The position numbers were made by a program, and so were the translations under genes. A stretch of 24,069 nt of DNA, from the IMG/VR virus record IMGVR_UViG_3300036784_000085, positions 1 to 24,069 of that record. The stretch is one strand, 5' to 3'. Within the stretch, counting starts at the first letter, position 1; every line of letters starts with the position of its first letter. Origin of the DNA: a virus. Taxonomy: Duplodnaviria; Caudoviricetes. Below, in pieces: positions 16,838 through 23,607 of the stretch. The notes beneath the pieces were generated by a model that was given only the letters and a program-made list of their open reading frames with translations, did not search any database and was not told the DNA's origin.

Positions 16838-17084
16838 CCTTCATACTCGGGTCGACGCGCAGGATGTTTGGCTGCACGTCTGAACGATGCTGACAGTCAC
16901 AGAACGTCGTGTGGTTGTGCTCCGCCGGAGAGAGGAGTACCAGCGTGTACGGTTCTCCCGGCGACGTGAGCGCGTGGTCGAGTTGGTACTGTGCCTCCTT
17001 GCAGCCCGCTTCTGCGTGTGCCTCGAGGCCGAACTGTTCTGCATCTGCTGCGCTACGGCATGCCTTGCAAATCACAAACCCCAC
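16800..17084 (-). CDS. Hypothetical Cys/His-rich protein (CKAC..H..CDCQH)
   Basis: First gene after promoter 17113-17142; metal-binding pattern. Confidence 0.65.
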   Translation of the reverse strand: MGFVICKACRSAADAEQFGLEAHAEAGCKEAQYQLDHALTSPGEPYTLVLLSPAEHNHTTFCDCQHRSDVQPNILRVDPSMKGEILERNRPSQA

Positions 17085-17087
17085 ACG
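17075..17087 (-). repeat. 13-bp motif copy 4, covering a GTG start just downstream of a promoter
   Basis: Exact match. Confidence 0.9.
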
Positions 17088-17112
17088 CCTTTCATTTGCT
17101 CTTCATAATTCA

Positions 17113-17142
17113 ATTATATAGCGGCCATCGCTGGGAAAGCTA
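17113..17142 (-). promoter_or_regulatory. SigA/sigma70-type promoter TAGCTT-18-TATAAT
   Basis: Perfect -10; flanks shared with the promoter at 21792. Confidence 0.8.
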
Positions 17143-17147
17143 GGCGT

Positions 17148-17330
17148 TCAGTTTCCTTGCGAACTGACCATTGGATTGTGCACAGGCGTGAACAACGCAT
17201 CTGCAACGAATGCCCCTATGCCGATCGTGATCAGTAGCGTGACTACGATCGGGAGCTTCCTGCTCTTCCGGATACGTATGCGCTGCGTGTCCTCGACGTT
17301 GTGAAAGTCGTCCCACCAGGACTCACTCAT
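17148..17330 (-). CDS. Small membrane protein (60 aa)
   Basis: ATGA-coupled; TM segment LPIVVTLLITIGIGAFVA. Confidence 0.65.
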   Translation of the reverse strand: MSESWWDDFHNVEDTQRIRIRKSRKLPIVVTLLITIGIGAFVADALFTPVHNPMVSSQGN

Positions 17331-17410
17331 CGTATTCCCCAAAACCATGCGATCCCCAACGTGACGACGATGCAGAAGCTGATCCACGCTACCGCTTGCC
17401 AAGGCTTCAT
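17327..17410 (-). CDS. Micro-ORF, 27-aa membrane peptide MKPWQAVAWISFCIVVTLGIAWFWGIR
   Basis: AGGAGG RBS; ATGA coupled at both ends. Confidence 0.7.
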   Translation of the reverse strand: MKPWQAVAWISFCIVVTLGIAWFWGIR

Positions 17411-17475
17411 GGCTTCCTCCTGAACCAGGATCGAATCTTGCGCCAGTGGATGACAACGCTCCAGAAGTCACTCAT
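17407..17475 (-). CDS. Micro-ORF, 22-aa cationic Trp-rich peptide MSDFWSVVIHWRKIRSWFRRKP
   Basis: AAGGAGG RBS; ATGA coupled at both ends. Confidence 0.7.
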   Translation of the reverse strand: MSDFWSVVIHWRKIRSWFRRKP

Positions 17476-17549
17476 CGGTTCCTCCTTTGAAGTCCGAACA
17501 GGAGTAGTACGTAGACGACGAGAAGTACTTCGACTGCAGTCGTACTCAT
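17472..17549 (-). CDS. Micro-ORF, 25-aa membrane peptide MSTTAVEVLLVVYVLLLFGLQRRNR
   Basis: GGGGGA RBS; ATGA overlap with the helicase stop and with the next start. Confidence 0.7.
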   Translation of the reverse strand: MSTTAVEVLLVVYVLLLFGLQRRNR

Positions 17550-19066
17550 GCTTCCCCCAACAGCTGCTTGATGAAGGTCCATTTCAGGTCGATGGCCTGG
17601 AGACGTCCGCGGTCGACTGTGTCGTTGGCTACGATGTCGACGATTTGGACGGCGTTTTTCTGGCCAATCCGATGGATACGGTCTTCCGCCTGACGGTTTT
17701 TCGTAGGCGACCAGTCACGATCAGTGAATAGCATAGTACGTGCTCGGGTGAGAGTAATTCCTTCACCACCTGAACGGATGGTACCCACGAATACCTTTCG
17801 CTTACCGGCTTGAAACTCGTCGACGATACGATCGCGATCGACCTTCGTTGTGTCTCCAGTGTAGCAACCGTACGAGATTTTCGCCGCGGTGAGCCGTCGT
17901 GAGAGGAGGTTGGCGACTTGTTTGAATTGCGAAAATACAACGAAACTTTCATGCGGATTGTCCTCGATGAGTTGCATCACGACGTCGAGCTTGGACGAAG
18001 GTTCAACCATCTTGTAGATCACACCAGGAGCGTACTCGAACCCCTCACGCGGGAGACGTCCATCAGGGTGTGCGTGTGGGGTTTGATTGTGCTCGAGGAG
18101 CCACTTTAGCCGTCCCTCAGGCATCCGTACTTGCTTCCAGCCCTCTTCCACGTCCATGTGTGTCAGAGCGAACTGCTGCAAGCGCATCAACCGTGCGATC
18201 GCGACAGGCGCTGCGACTGGCTTGTCCTCGTTCTCGCCGACCCACGCGAGCATGTCCTTCTTCATCTGCTCGTACGCTCGACGCTGCTGTGCCTGAAGGG
18301 TCACGTGGATCTCGGAGTAGGTCTTGTCCGGAAGGTCCGTGAGGACCTCTTCCTTCTGTCGGCGTACGTAGAAGGGTCGGATGTCCTCGTGCAGCTTCTG
18401 TACGTTGCGCACGCCCTTGATGATACGGTAGCCACCCTTGGGGTGCGTATCCCATTCGACGTGGTCGTTGTAGAAGCGCCAGTACGAAGTGAACTTCTTC
18501 GGGTAGAGCCAGTTCAGGATCGACCAGATGTCGTGTGGCTTGTCATCCGCCGGTGTGCCCGTCGAGGCAAGTTTGTTCTCTGCGTGAATCCGCTTGAGCG
18601 CCTGTGTCATCTGAGCCTTGCGGTTCTTTGCGTGGTGCGCTTCGTCGGCGATCACGTGGAACCACAGATGCTTATTCAGCTGCGGCATGAGGCGAAGCGC
18701 GTCCCAGTGTACGATGTACACGTGCGCTGGCTTCTTTAGCATTGCGCCGCGGTTCTTCGGGTCGATCGCAGAGACGATCAGCGAAGGGTTCCACTCTGCG
18801 AAGTGACGAACCCACACGTCGATTACTGAGAGCGGTGCGATAACGAGAGTCTTGGCCCGATTGGGAAACTCGAGCTTACCTCGCTTTACCTTGTCGATCA
18901 GGATTGCTTCGACTGTCTTTCCCAGGCCCATGTCGTCCGCGAGTAGGCCATTCGTCTGGCGTGAGAGCATCTTGATCGCTGGGATCTGAAACTCGTACGG
19001 AGTGAGCCCGCTTGTCGATGTTAACTGCGACTTCGAAATATCGGATGTTTTGCCGAGGAAAGACAA
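17546..19066 (-). CDS. SNF2-like (SF2) DNA helicase
   Basis: PYEFQ Q-motif, LADDMGLGKT, IADEAH, TGTP, VVFSQF, GEGITL, QAEDRIHRIGQ; start uncertain (TTG 19066 or 19150). Confidence 0.93.
   Translation of the reverse strand: MSFLGKTSDISKSQLTSTSGLTPYEFQIPAIKMLSRQTNGLLADDMGLGKTVEAILIDKVKRGKLEFPNRAKTLVIAPLSVIDVWVRHFAEWNPSLIVSAIDPKNRGAMLKKPAHVYIVHWDALRLMPQLNKHLWFHVIADEAHHAKNRKAQMTQALKRIHAENKLASTGTPADDKPHDIWSILNWLYPKKFTSYWRFYNDHVEWDTHPKGGYRIIKGVRNVQKLHEDIRPFYVRRQKEEVLTDLPDKTYSEIHVTLQAQQRRAYEQMKKDMLAWVGENEDKPVAAPVAIARLMRLQQFALTHMDVEEGWKQVRMPEGRLKWLLEHNQTPHAHPDGRLPREGFEYAPGVIYKMVEPSSKLDVVMQLIEDNPHESFVVFSQFKQVANLLSRRLTAAKISYGCYTGDTTKVDRDRIVDEFQAGKRKVFVGTIRSGGEGITLTRARTMLFTDRDWSPTKNRQAEDRIHRIGQKNAVQIVDIVANDTVDRGRLQAIDLKWTFIKQLLGEA
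18073..18085 (+). repeat. 13-bp motif copy 5 (in an apparent helicase insertion loop)
   Basis: Exact match. Confidence 0.9.
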
Positions 19067-19205
19067 TGCGATCCCCCCATTCTGGCGAATTCGGGCGGAT
19101 GATGAGGTCAGCTGGGGTGGAGCGCCAACTGCGGTAGTTGGCGCCACCAATCGTGTACGTCAGCTGCTCACCATCCATGAAGACGATGGTGAGTTCAGCC
19201 GACAT
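18876..19205 (-). CDS. Hypothetical small beta-rich protein overlapping the helicase 5' end
   Basis: GAGGGG RBS; first ~63 aa look protein-like (LTIVFMDGE..FPRQNIRYFEV). Confidence 0.6.
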   Translation of the reverse strand: MSAELTIVFMDGEQLTYTIGGANYRSWRSTPADLIIRPNSPEWGDRIVFPRQNIRYFEVAVNIDKRAHSVRVSDPSDQDALTPDEWPTRGRHGPGKDSRSNPDRQGKAR

Positions 19206-19374
19206 CTTCGATGGTCCCCTCGACGCTCTCGAAGGGCACCTCGAAGTCGATCTCGTCCTTGTCCATGAAGAACAGTGTACCGGTTTCCTTCAGATCGTCG
19301 ATGTAGTGCTGTAGCACGTCGCTGCACTCGTCACGTGCTACGATGGTGATCGTCAGCTTTTTGAGGCTAGTCAT
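19195..19374 (-). CDS. Hypothetical acidic protein (59 aa) MTSLKKLTITIVARDE...
   Basis: Read manually; fills the gap with 8-11 nt overlaps at both ends; absent from the ORF track. Confidence 0.65.
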   Translation of the reverse strand: MTSLKKLTITIVARDECSDVLQHYIDDLKETGTLFFMDKDEIDFEVPFESVEGTIEDVG

Positions 19375-19618
19375 CGGTCATCAGCCTTTCGATCGTCGCT
19401 TCTGCGGTCTCGTACGGGTCGACTTCCTTGGCGAACCACTTGATCTCGTTGGCGAGAACGCTCGCTGCCAGCTCGGGGATGATGAAGCTTCGCCCGAGAA
19501 CACCGTTCACAGCCGTGAGCCAGTTACTCATCTCCTTGTCCAGCGCCTCCTTCTGAAGGGCGTAGGCCCTCAGCTTCGCCAGGCGCTCTCCCTTCATCCT
19601 CTGCAGGTCCTGTGTCAT
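19367..19618 (-). CDS. Hypothetical protein (83 aa)
   Basis: GGAAGAGAG before ATG 19618; phage-like codon use. Confidence 0.65.
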   Translation of the reverse strand: MTQDLQRMKGERLAKLRAYALQKEALDKEMSNWLTAVNGVLGRSFIIPELAASVLANEIKWFAKEVDPYETAEATIERLMTDD

Positions 19619-19844
19619 CTCTCTTCCGGTCAAGTATCAGCTCTCCTATGTCGTGCCCGTGAAACGGGCATAGCCAACGTAACTTCGGATCTTTCCCTGT
19701 GAAGTCATACGCGACCTTGCAGACCATGTAACCATGGCGCTGCTTGCAGCGTTGACACCAAGGCCCATCTTCCCGCAACTCTGCTCCTGTGAACAGTGTG
19801 CTGAAAGATGCGCCCTGGAGACGACGCTTCCGTCTGTATGTCAC
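19524..19844 (-). CDS. Hypothetical zinc-binding protein (CQRC..CPFH)
   Basis: GTGA-coupled start; metal-binding motif. Confidence 0.6.
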   Translation of the reverse strand: MTYRRKRRLQGASFSTLFTGAELREDGPWCQRCKQRHGYMVCKVAYDFTGKDPKLRWLCPFHGHDIGELILDRKRDDTGPAEDEGRAPGEAEGLRPSEGGAGQGDE

Positions 19845-20161
19845 CTACCGTCAGGCCTCGGATCGATTCGATCGTTGGCGTGCAAGATCACCGAGTGTGC
19901 GATCTCGTCGAGGCTATCGGCGTCTGCCTGAACCGTCCTCTTGTTCTTGATGAACTCATCGAAGCGTTGCTTCGCTTCGATCCAGTTCTGGTGTGCTACC
20001 TTGACGTTGCTGGCGAGGTCGAACTCCTCGCAGTACGCAGGTCCGTCTTCGTCGTAGTACCTACACTCGCACCCGAAGCTGTTCTCGTCGAGATGCTGTA
20101 CCCAGTCGGGATCGACGCTGAAGAACACTGCCACTCGTTCTACGAAGCTCGAGGTGTTCAT
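19841..20161 (-). CDS. Hypothetical protein (106 aa)
   Basis: ATGA-coupled start at 20161. Confidence 0.65.
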   Translation of the reverse strand: MNTSSFVERVAVFFSVDPDWVQHLDENSFGCECRYYDEDGPAYCEEFDLASNVKVAHQNWIEAKQRFDEFIKNKRTVQADADSLDEIAHSVILHANDRIDPRPDGR

Positions 20162-20499
20162 GGTAGCAGGTGCCCCCACTCCTCGAATATCTTGTCCATG
20201 TGCTTCCGGTGCTCCTGTTCCCTCTCTTCGCGCTTGCGCTCCTTCCTTATGCGTTCGTCGTTGTAGATGAGCCACTTCTGGTAGGAAGTCGAAGACATCC
20301 ACAGCTTCGCGTAGCCCGGACTGGCATCTGCCGTGACTGCGAAGCTGGAGCCGTTCGCAGTTCGCTCCGGCATACCGTCGACTCGTGTGTACTCGTCGGT
20401 GTCGTTGAACCTGTCGATCAGGTCCTGCAGGTAGATCCGCGGGACGACCATGTTGAACGGAAAGATCGTCGGTAGTACGTGGTCGTAGTTGCTACTCAT
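20158..20499 (-). CDS. Hypothetical protein (113 aa)
   Basis: AGGAGAGG RBS before ATG 20499. Confidence 0.7.
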   Translation of the reverse strand: MSSNYDHVLPTIFPFNMVVPRIYLQDLIDRFNDTDEYTRVDGMPERTANGSSFAVTADASPGYAKLWMSSTSYQKWLIYNDERIRKERKREEREQEHRKHMDKIFEEWGHLLP

Positions 20500-20507
20500 T
20501 TCCTCTC

Positions 20508-20780
20508 CTAGTGCGTAGGCACTTTGGGCTTGGGCACCGCTTGACCTAGCGCCCAACGTAGTGCGTTCAGCCGCTGTTCGGGTGTCTGCGGAATCGGATC
20601 GGTGATCAGTTCCATCTGTTCCCGTAGAGCGTCGAAGAAGTAGTTACCATTCTCCAGGCGCCAGACTGTTAGCTGCAGTGATATATACAGCGGGTGCTTC
20701 TGCTGACAGATATACACACCCCACAATCCTGGGATTCCGTGTCTGTGAATCTGTCCTGGGATCAGGTCGGCGACGATCAC
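20508..20780 (-). CDS. Hypothetical protein (90 aa)
   Basis: GAGG RBS; GTGA coupling. Confidence 0.65.
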   Translation of the reverse strand: MIVADLIPGQIHRHGIPGLWGVYICQQKHPLYISLQLTVWRLENGNYFFDALREQMELITDPIPQTPEQRLNALRWALGQAVPKPKVPTH

Positions 20781-21040
20781 GTTGTTCTACCTCGCTCTGC
20801 CAGTTCGTCAGCCTCGAGCTTCGGCAGGTACTGTTCCAGCTCCGTGATCATGACTTCCAGGCGTGAGCCTATGCTGGAAAGTCCGCGGTAGGTTGCGGCG
20901 GTCTCGTACTTCTCGCCGGCGTTCGTCACGTATCCCCAAGCGAGCCCTGCCAGCGTCTGGCTGTGTGCCATCGACGGCAACATCCGCTCGAGCATCTCGT
21001 GCGCCAACGCAAGTGAATCAGCTGCGCGGTCGCTACTCAT
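20777..21040 (-). CDS. Helical 87-aa protein, paralogue B of a tandem pair
   Basis: AWGYVTNAGEKY aligns with AWNYVQQAGDKY of its neighbour; ATGA coupled. Confidence 0.75.
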   Translation of the reverse strand: MSSDRAADSLALAHEMLERMLPSMAHSQTLAGLAWGYVTNAGEKYETAATYRGLSSIGSRLEVMITELEQYLPKLEADELAERGRTT

Positions 21041-21300
21041 GCCGTACCGCGCTGCTCGTTGGCTGCATCGACCTCGAAGTTCTGTACGTCTTGCAGCATC
21101 TGTGCGATGACCTGGCCCATACGCTCGCCTGCACCGGACATCCGGTCACCGTACTTCTCGGCGTACTTGTCGCCGGCTTGCTGAACGTAGTTCCATGCCG
21201 AGTCTACTCCTGCACGAACGTGCTCCATCGCGCCAGCGGTATCCTGCAAGATCGATGCTGCATTCCGCAATGCTGCGGCTGCTTCGTCTGCACTACCCAT
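21037..21300 (-). CDS. Helical 87-aa protein, paralogue A of a tandem pair
   Basis: AAGGAG RBS; colinear similarity to the downstream gene. Confidence 0.75.
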   Translation of the reverse strand: MGSADEAAAALRNAASILQDTAGAMEHVRAGVDSAWNYVQQAGDKYAEKYGDRMSGAGERMGQVIAQMLQDVQNFEVDAANEQRGTA

Positions 21301-21535
21301 CGTCGTTCTCCTTCTTGGCCTTGAAGATCTTGTCTGCTTCTTCGATCATGATGACTCGGCGACCACACTCACACGCGGTCCACTCGAGGTTGCCTCTGCG
21401 CAGGTGGTAGTACACCATCTGCGGGCGAATGCCTCTCAACTTTGCGTAGTCAATCGGCGTCGCCTTGGTTTGCTGCTCCAGACGATCTGCACGTTCGTCT
21501 GCTTCTATCTCCGCAAAGAGGTCATCGATGTTCAT
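21293..21535 (-). CDS. Putative MerR/Xis-like helix-turn-helix DNA-binding protein
   Basis: TPIDYAKLRGIRPQMVYYHLRRGNL..GRRVI pattern. Confidence 0.65.
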   Translation of the reverse strand: MNIDDLFAEIEADERADRLEQQTKATPIDYAKLRGIRPQMVYYHLRRGNLEWTACECGRRVIMIEEADKIFKAKKENDDG

Positions 21536-21773
21536 CTTCCCCGAACATCTCCTCTACTGTGTCCGGGATGTACTGCTTCTGAGGAGGCTGTTGCATCTTC
21601 GCGAGAATGCTCTCGATGTTGTCGAGATCACGGTCACACTGTTGCGCTATTGCGCGCTCTTCCTCCAACTTGCTGCCCACGAGGTCGTCCGCACAGGTTG
21701 CCCAGTCGTTTCCCGCGAGCAAGAACGCGCGGATGATTGTATCCTGTTCCTCTGGTGTTAGCTCTATCTCCAT
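21522..21773 (-). CDS. Hypothetical acidic protein (83 aa)
   Basis: GAGGAGG RBS; first gene after promoter. Confidence 0.75.
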   Translation of the reverse strand: MEIELTPEEQDTIIRAFLLAGNDWATCADDLVGSKLEEERAIAQQCDRDLDNIESILAKMQQPPQKQYIPDTVEEMFGEDEHR

Positions 21774-21791
21774 CTAACCTCCTCTCTCATT

Positions 21792-21821
21792 ATTATATAG
21801 CGGGAACTTTGGGCAAAGCAA
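21792..21821 (-). promoter_or_regulatory. SigA/sigma70-type promoter TTGCTT-18-TATAAT
   Basis: Perfect -10, TTG -35, immediately before the RBS. Confidence 0.85.
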
Positions 21822-21884
21822 GGCGTTCTTTGGTCTAGTCTCAAGCGCTTGTCTGCAGCTGAAAAGCAGGCATGAACCCTCGAC

Positions 21885-21897
21885 CGTGTGGGGTTTG
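21885..21897 (+). repeat. 13-bp motif copy 6 (intergenic)
   Basis: Exact match. Confidence 0.9.
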
Positions 21898-21997
21898 TAT
21901 CGACACTGTCGTGCCCGGCGCATACGAGCCTCACAAGCTAGGAGCTCGATAGGATTCTACAAGCTGTCTCTGAGAGTCTAAGACTAGTCTACTCGCT

Positions 21998-22040
21998 TTA
22001 GCCCCGTAGCCTCGATGCTTTACTAGGGGCAAGATCCTTC
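21998..22040 (-). repeat. Hairpin element B, inverted homologue of 2144-2185
   Basis: GAAGGATCTTGCCCCTAGTAAAGCATCGAGGCTACGGGGCTAA on the minus strand. Confidence 0.8.
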
Positions 22041-22317
22041 ACTTGGTAGACTTGTGTAGACTCAAGATTTCCTCTGCGACCTTGGTCGGAGTGTCGTTGG
22101 CCAGCGTTGCACCGTTGCGCAACGCTGTTGCGACGTCGGAGAGCGTCTGGACGAGTACCTGTGTGATGTACGGCGGAAGCACTTCATGTGCGATCTTGGA
22201 AGCGTCAGTCAGTATCGCGATCGTTTCTGCGGCACTCAGCGTCTCAGTGAGAGCGTTGAACAGGTTGTCCCGCGAATCCTTGAGGATTCTCTCCTGCTCC
22301 GTGTCCAGACTGTCCAT
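22039..22317 (-). CDS. Hypothetical helical protein (92 aa)
   Basis: AAGGAAG RBS before ATG 22317. Confidence 0.65.
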   Translation of the reverse strand: MDSLDTEQERILKDSRDNLFNALTETLSAAETIAILTDASKIAHEVLPPYITQVLVQTLSDVATALRNGATLANDTPTKVAEEILSLHKSTK

Positions 22318-22456
22318 CGAAGGCTTCCTTCCGTGCGTCGAGTACCATGTTGACTGCATCACCGAGCTCACCTAAGGTCAGACCTCGAAGGATCCTGAAC
22401 CGAGGGTCGCCGGTCATCTTCTGTACGATCTGCGCTACGAGCTCTCGTCGAGTCAT
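22244..22456 (-). CDS. Hypothetical protein (70 aa)
   Basis: ATGA-coupled start. Confidence 0.6.
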   Translation of the reverse strand: MTRRELVAQIVQKMTGDPRFRILRGLTLGELGDAVNMVLDARKEAFDGQSGHGAGENPQGFAGQPVQRSH

Positions 22457-22797
22457 TCGCCCATCCTGTTCGCCGGAGCGACAACTCGCTGCGTAGTGAT
22501 GTTGGGATCCTGATCGATGATCCGAAGCCCAAGCATGGCGAAAAGCTCCTTGCCAGCTTCGACCTGATCACCTTCAGCGAGCGTACTCATCCACTTGGAG
22601 CCCAGGACGACTCTGCGACTACGGTCGACCTGTTTTTCGCTGAGCTGAGGTACGCCTTGGGATGCGTCCAACTGGAGCTCCTGCTCGATAGCTTCAGCGC
22701 GTCTCTGCGAGATGTGTCCGCCGATGGAGAGCTTGTTGGTCGCCTTGATACCGTGTGACCACGTCTGTCCCCTATTGGGCTTGCCCATGCGCTTCAC
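22453..22797 (-). CDS. Hypothetical protein
   Basis: AAGGGGG RBS region; start GTG 22797 or ATG 22788. Confidence 0.65.
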   Translation of the reverse strand: MKRMGKPNRGQTWSHGIKATNKLSIGGHISQRRAEAIEQELQLDASQGVPQLSEKQVDRSRRVVLGSKWMSTLAEGDQVEAGKELFAMLGLRIIDQDPNITTQRVVAPANRMGE

Positions 22798-23110
22798 CCC
22801 CTTGTCCTGTCTGACGTGCTGCCTGCGAGGCGATCTCCTGCATTGCGCGACTGCGCTGGTTGAACAGGACAGAGTTCACCCGTTCGTACTGGCGCGGCTC
22901 ACGGTCACTCTGCGAGCGATCGCGTGCTTCTGGAACCGTTCCGTTCGGGTTGATCTGAATCACCCAGCCAGTGTTGAACCACTTGCAGCGCTTGTTCCGA
23001 CAAGTACACACGATAGCCGAAACGCCAGGCTTGGCAGAGGGTCGCTTGGACCCTACCTCACCTGGCTCGTTGCACTTCGGACAGTGATTCGCTTCGTCAA
23101 ACGTTGCCAT
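22772..23110 (-). CDS. Hypothetical zinc-ribbon protein (CPKC..CRNKRC)
   Basis: GGAG RBS; four-Cys motif. Confidence 0.7.
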   Translation of the reverse strand: MATFDEANHCPKCNEPGEVGSKRPSAKPGVSAIVCTCRNKRCKWFNTGWVIQINPNGTVPEARDRSQSDREPRQYERVNSVLFNQRSRAMQEIASQAARQTGQGGEAHGQAQ

Positions 23111-23501
23111 CGGGGATCTCCAAGCCTTGACGCAGCAGCGCTTCGATCATATCGATGCGTTCGCTGAGATCGTGGCACTGCTGCTCAACCGCATCGAGCC
23201 GCGTTGTGCGTGTCGTTACCCTCATGGGCGAGCTCTCGAAGAGCTCTTCCGTCGGTTCACGCACCAGCAACCACTGCGAAGGTGTCGATGAACCGCCCCT
23301 TCGCAGCTGTTCGACGCAGCCCATACGTTTCAACGCCTTCAGGATCTGGGAGTAGTACGGGACGGACAAGTTCAGATCGTTGCGAATCACGTGCGTCATG
23401 AAGCCCGTCCAGATGAGCTTGCCGTCGACGACATCCGCATCACGCTTCAACGCAGCGTAGGCGTTGACGCTGTGCGTAAACAACATCTTTGGCGTATCCA
23501 T
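23097..23501 (-). CDS. Putative winged-helix DNA-binding protein with C-terminal coiled coil
   Basis: LNLSVPYYSQILKALKRMGCVEQ..W.L wHTH pattern; TAAGGAGG RBS. Confidence 0.7.
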   Translation of the reverse strand: MDTPKMLFTHSVNAYAALKRDADVVDGKLIWTGFMTHVIRNDLNLSVPYYSQILKALKRMGCVEQLRRGGSSTPSQWLLVREPTEELFESSPMRVTTRTTRLDAVEQQCHDLSERIDMIEALLRQGLEIPDGNV

Positions 23502-23521
23502 ATGATCACCTCCTTACTTAT

Positions 23522-23551
23522 ATTATATAGGAGTCCACACTTGACAAGCAA
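23522..23551 (-). promoter_or_regulatory. SigA/sigma70-type promoter TTGCTT-18-TATAAT
   Basis: Same hexamers and spacing as 21792-21821. Confidence 0.85.
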
Positions 23552-23556
23552 GGAGC

Positions 23557-23607
23557 AAAAAGGCTCTCCGGACACAGCTTAGCTGTGGATCCACCCGGAG
23601 AGCCTTT
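23557..23607 (-). terminator. Intrinsic terminator
   Basis: GGCTCTCCGG/CCGGAGAGCC stem with inner CACAGC/GCTGTG hairpin, followed by TTTTT on the minus strand. Confidence 0.8.

Noticed and set aside
2835-19150. Inteins or introns in the polymerase, primase or helicase
   Set aside because: Protein lengths are normal; no C...HN-C/S/T splice motifs or LAGLIDADG blocks; motifs are contiguous
20715-20727. Further weak 13-mer-like sites (also near 5789, 10767, 11991)
   Set aside because: Three or more mismatches or indels, which is compatible with chance
23541-23570. Perfect TTGACA on the plus strand as a divergent promoter
   Set aside because: No -10-like hexamer 16-19 nt downstream (CTCTCC)
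21-23582. Numerous plus-strand ORFs in the track (e.g. 21-716, 14081-14698, 18131-18739)
   Set aside because: They are antisense shadows of well-supported minus-strand genes, with no RBS, no motifs and Arg/Ser-rich junk composition
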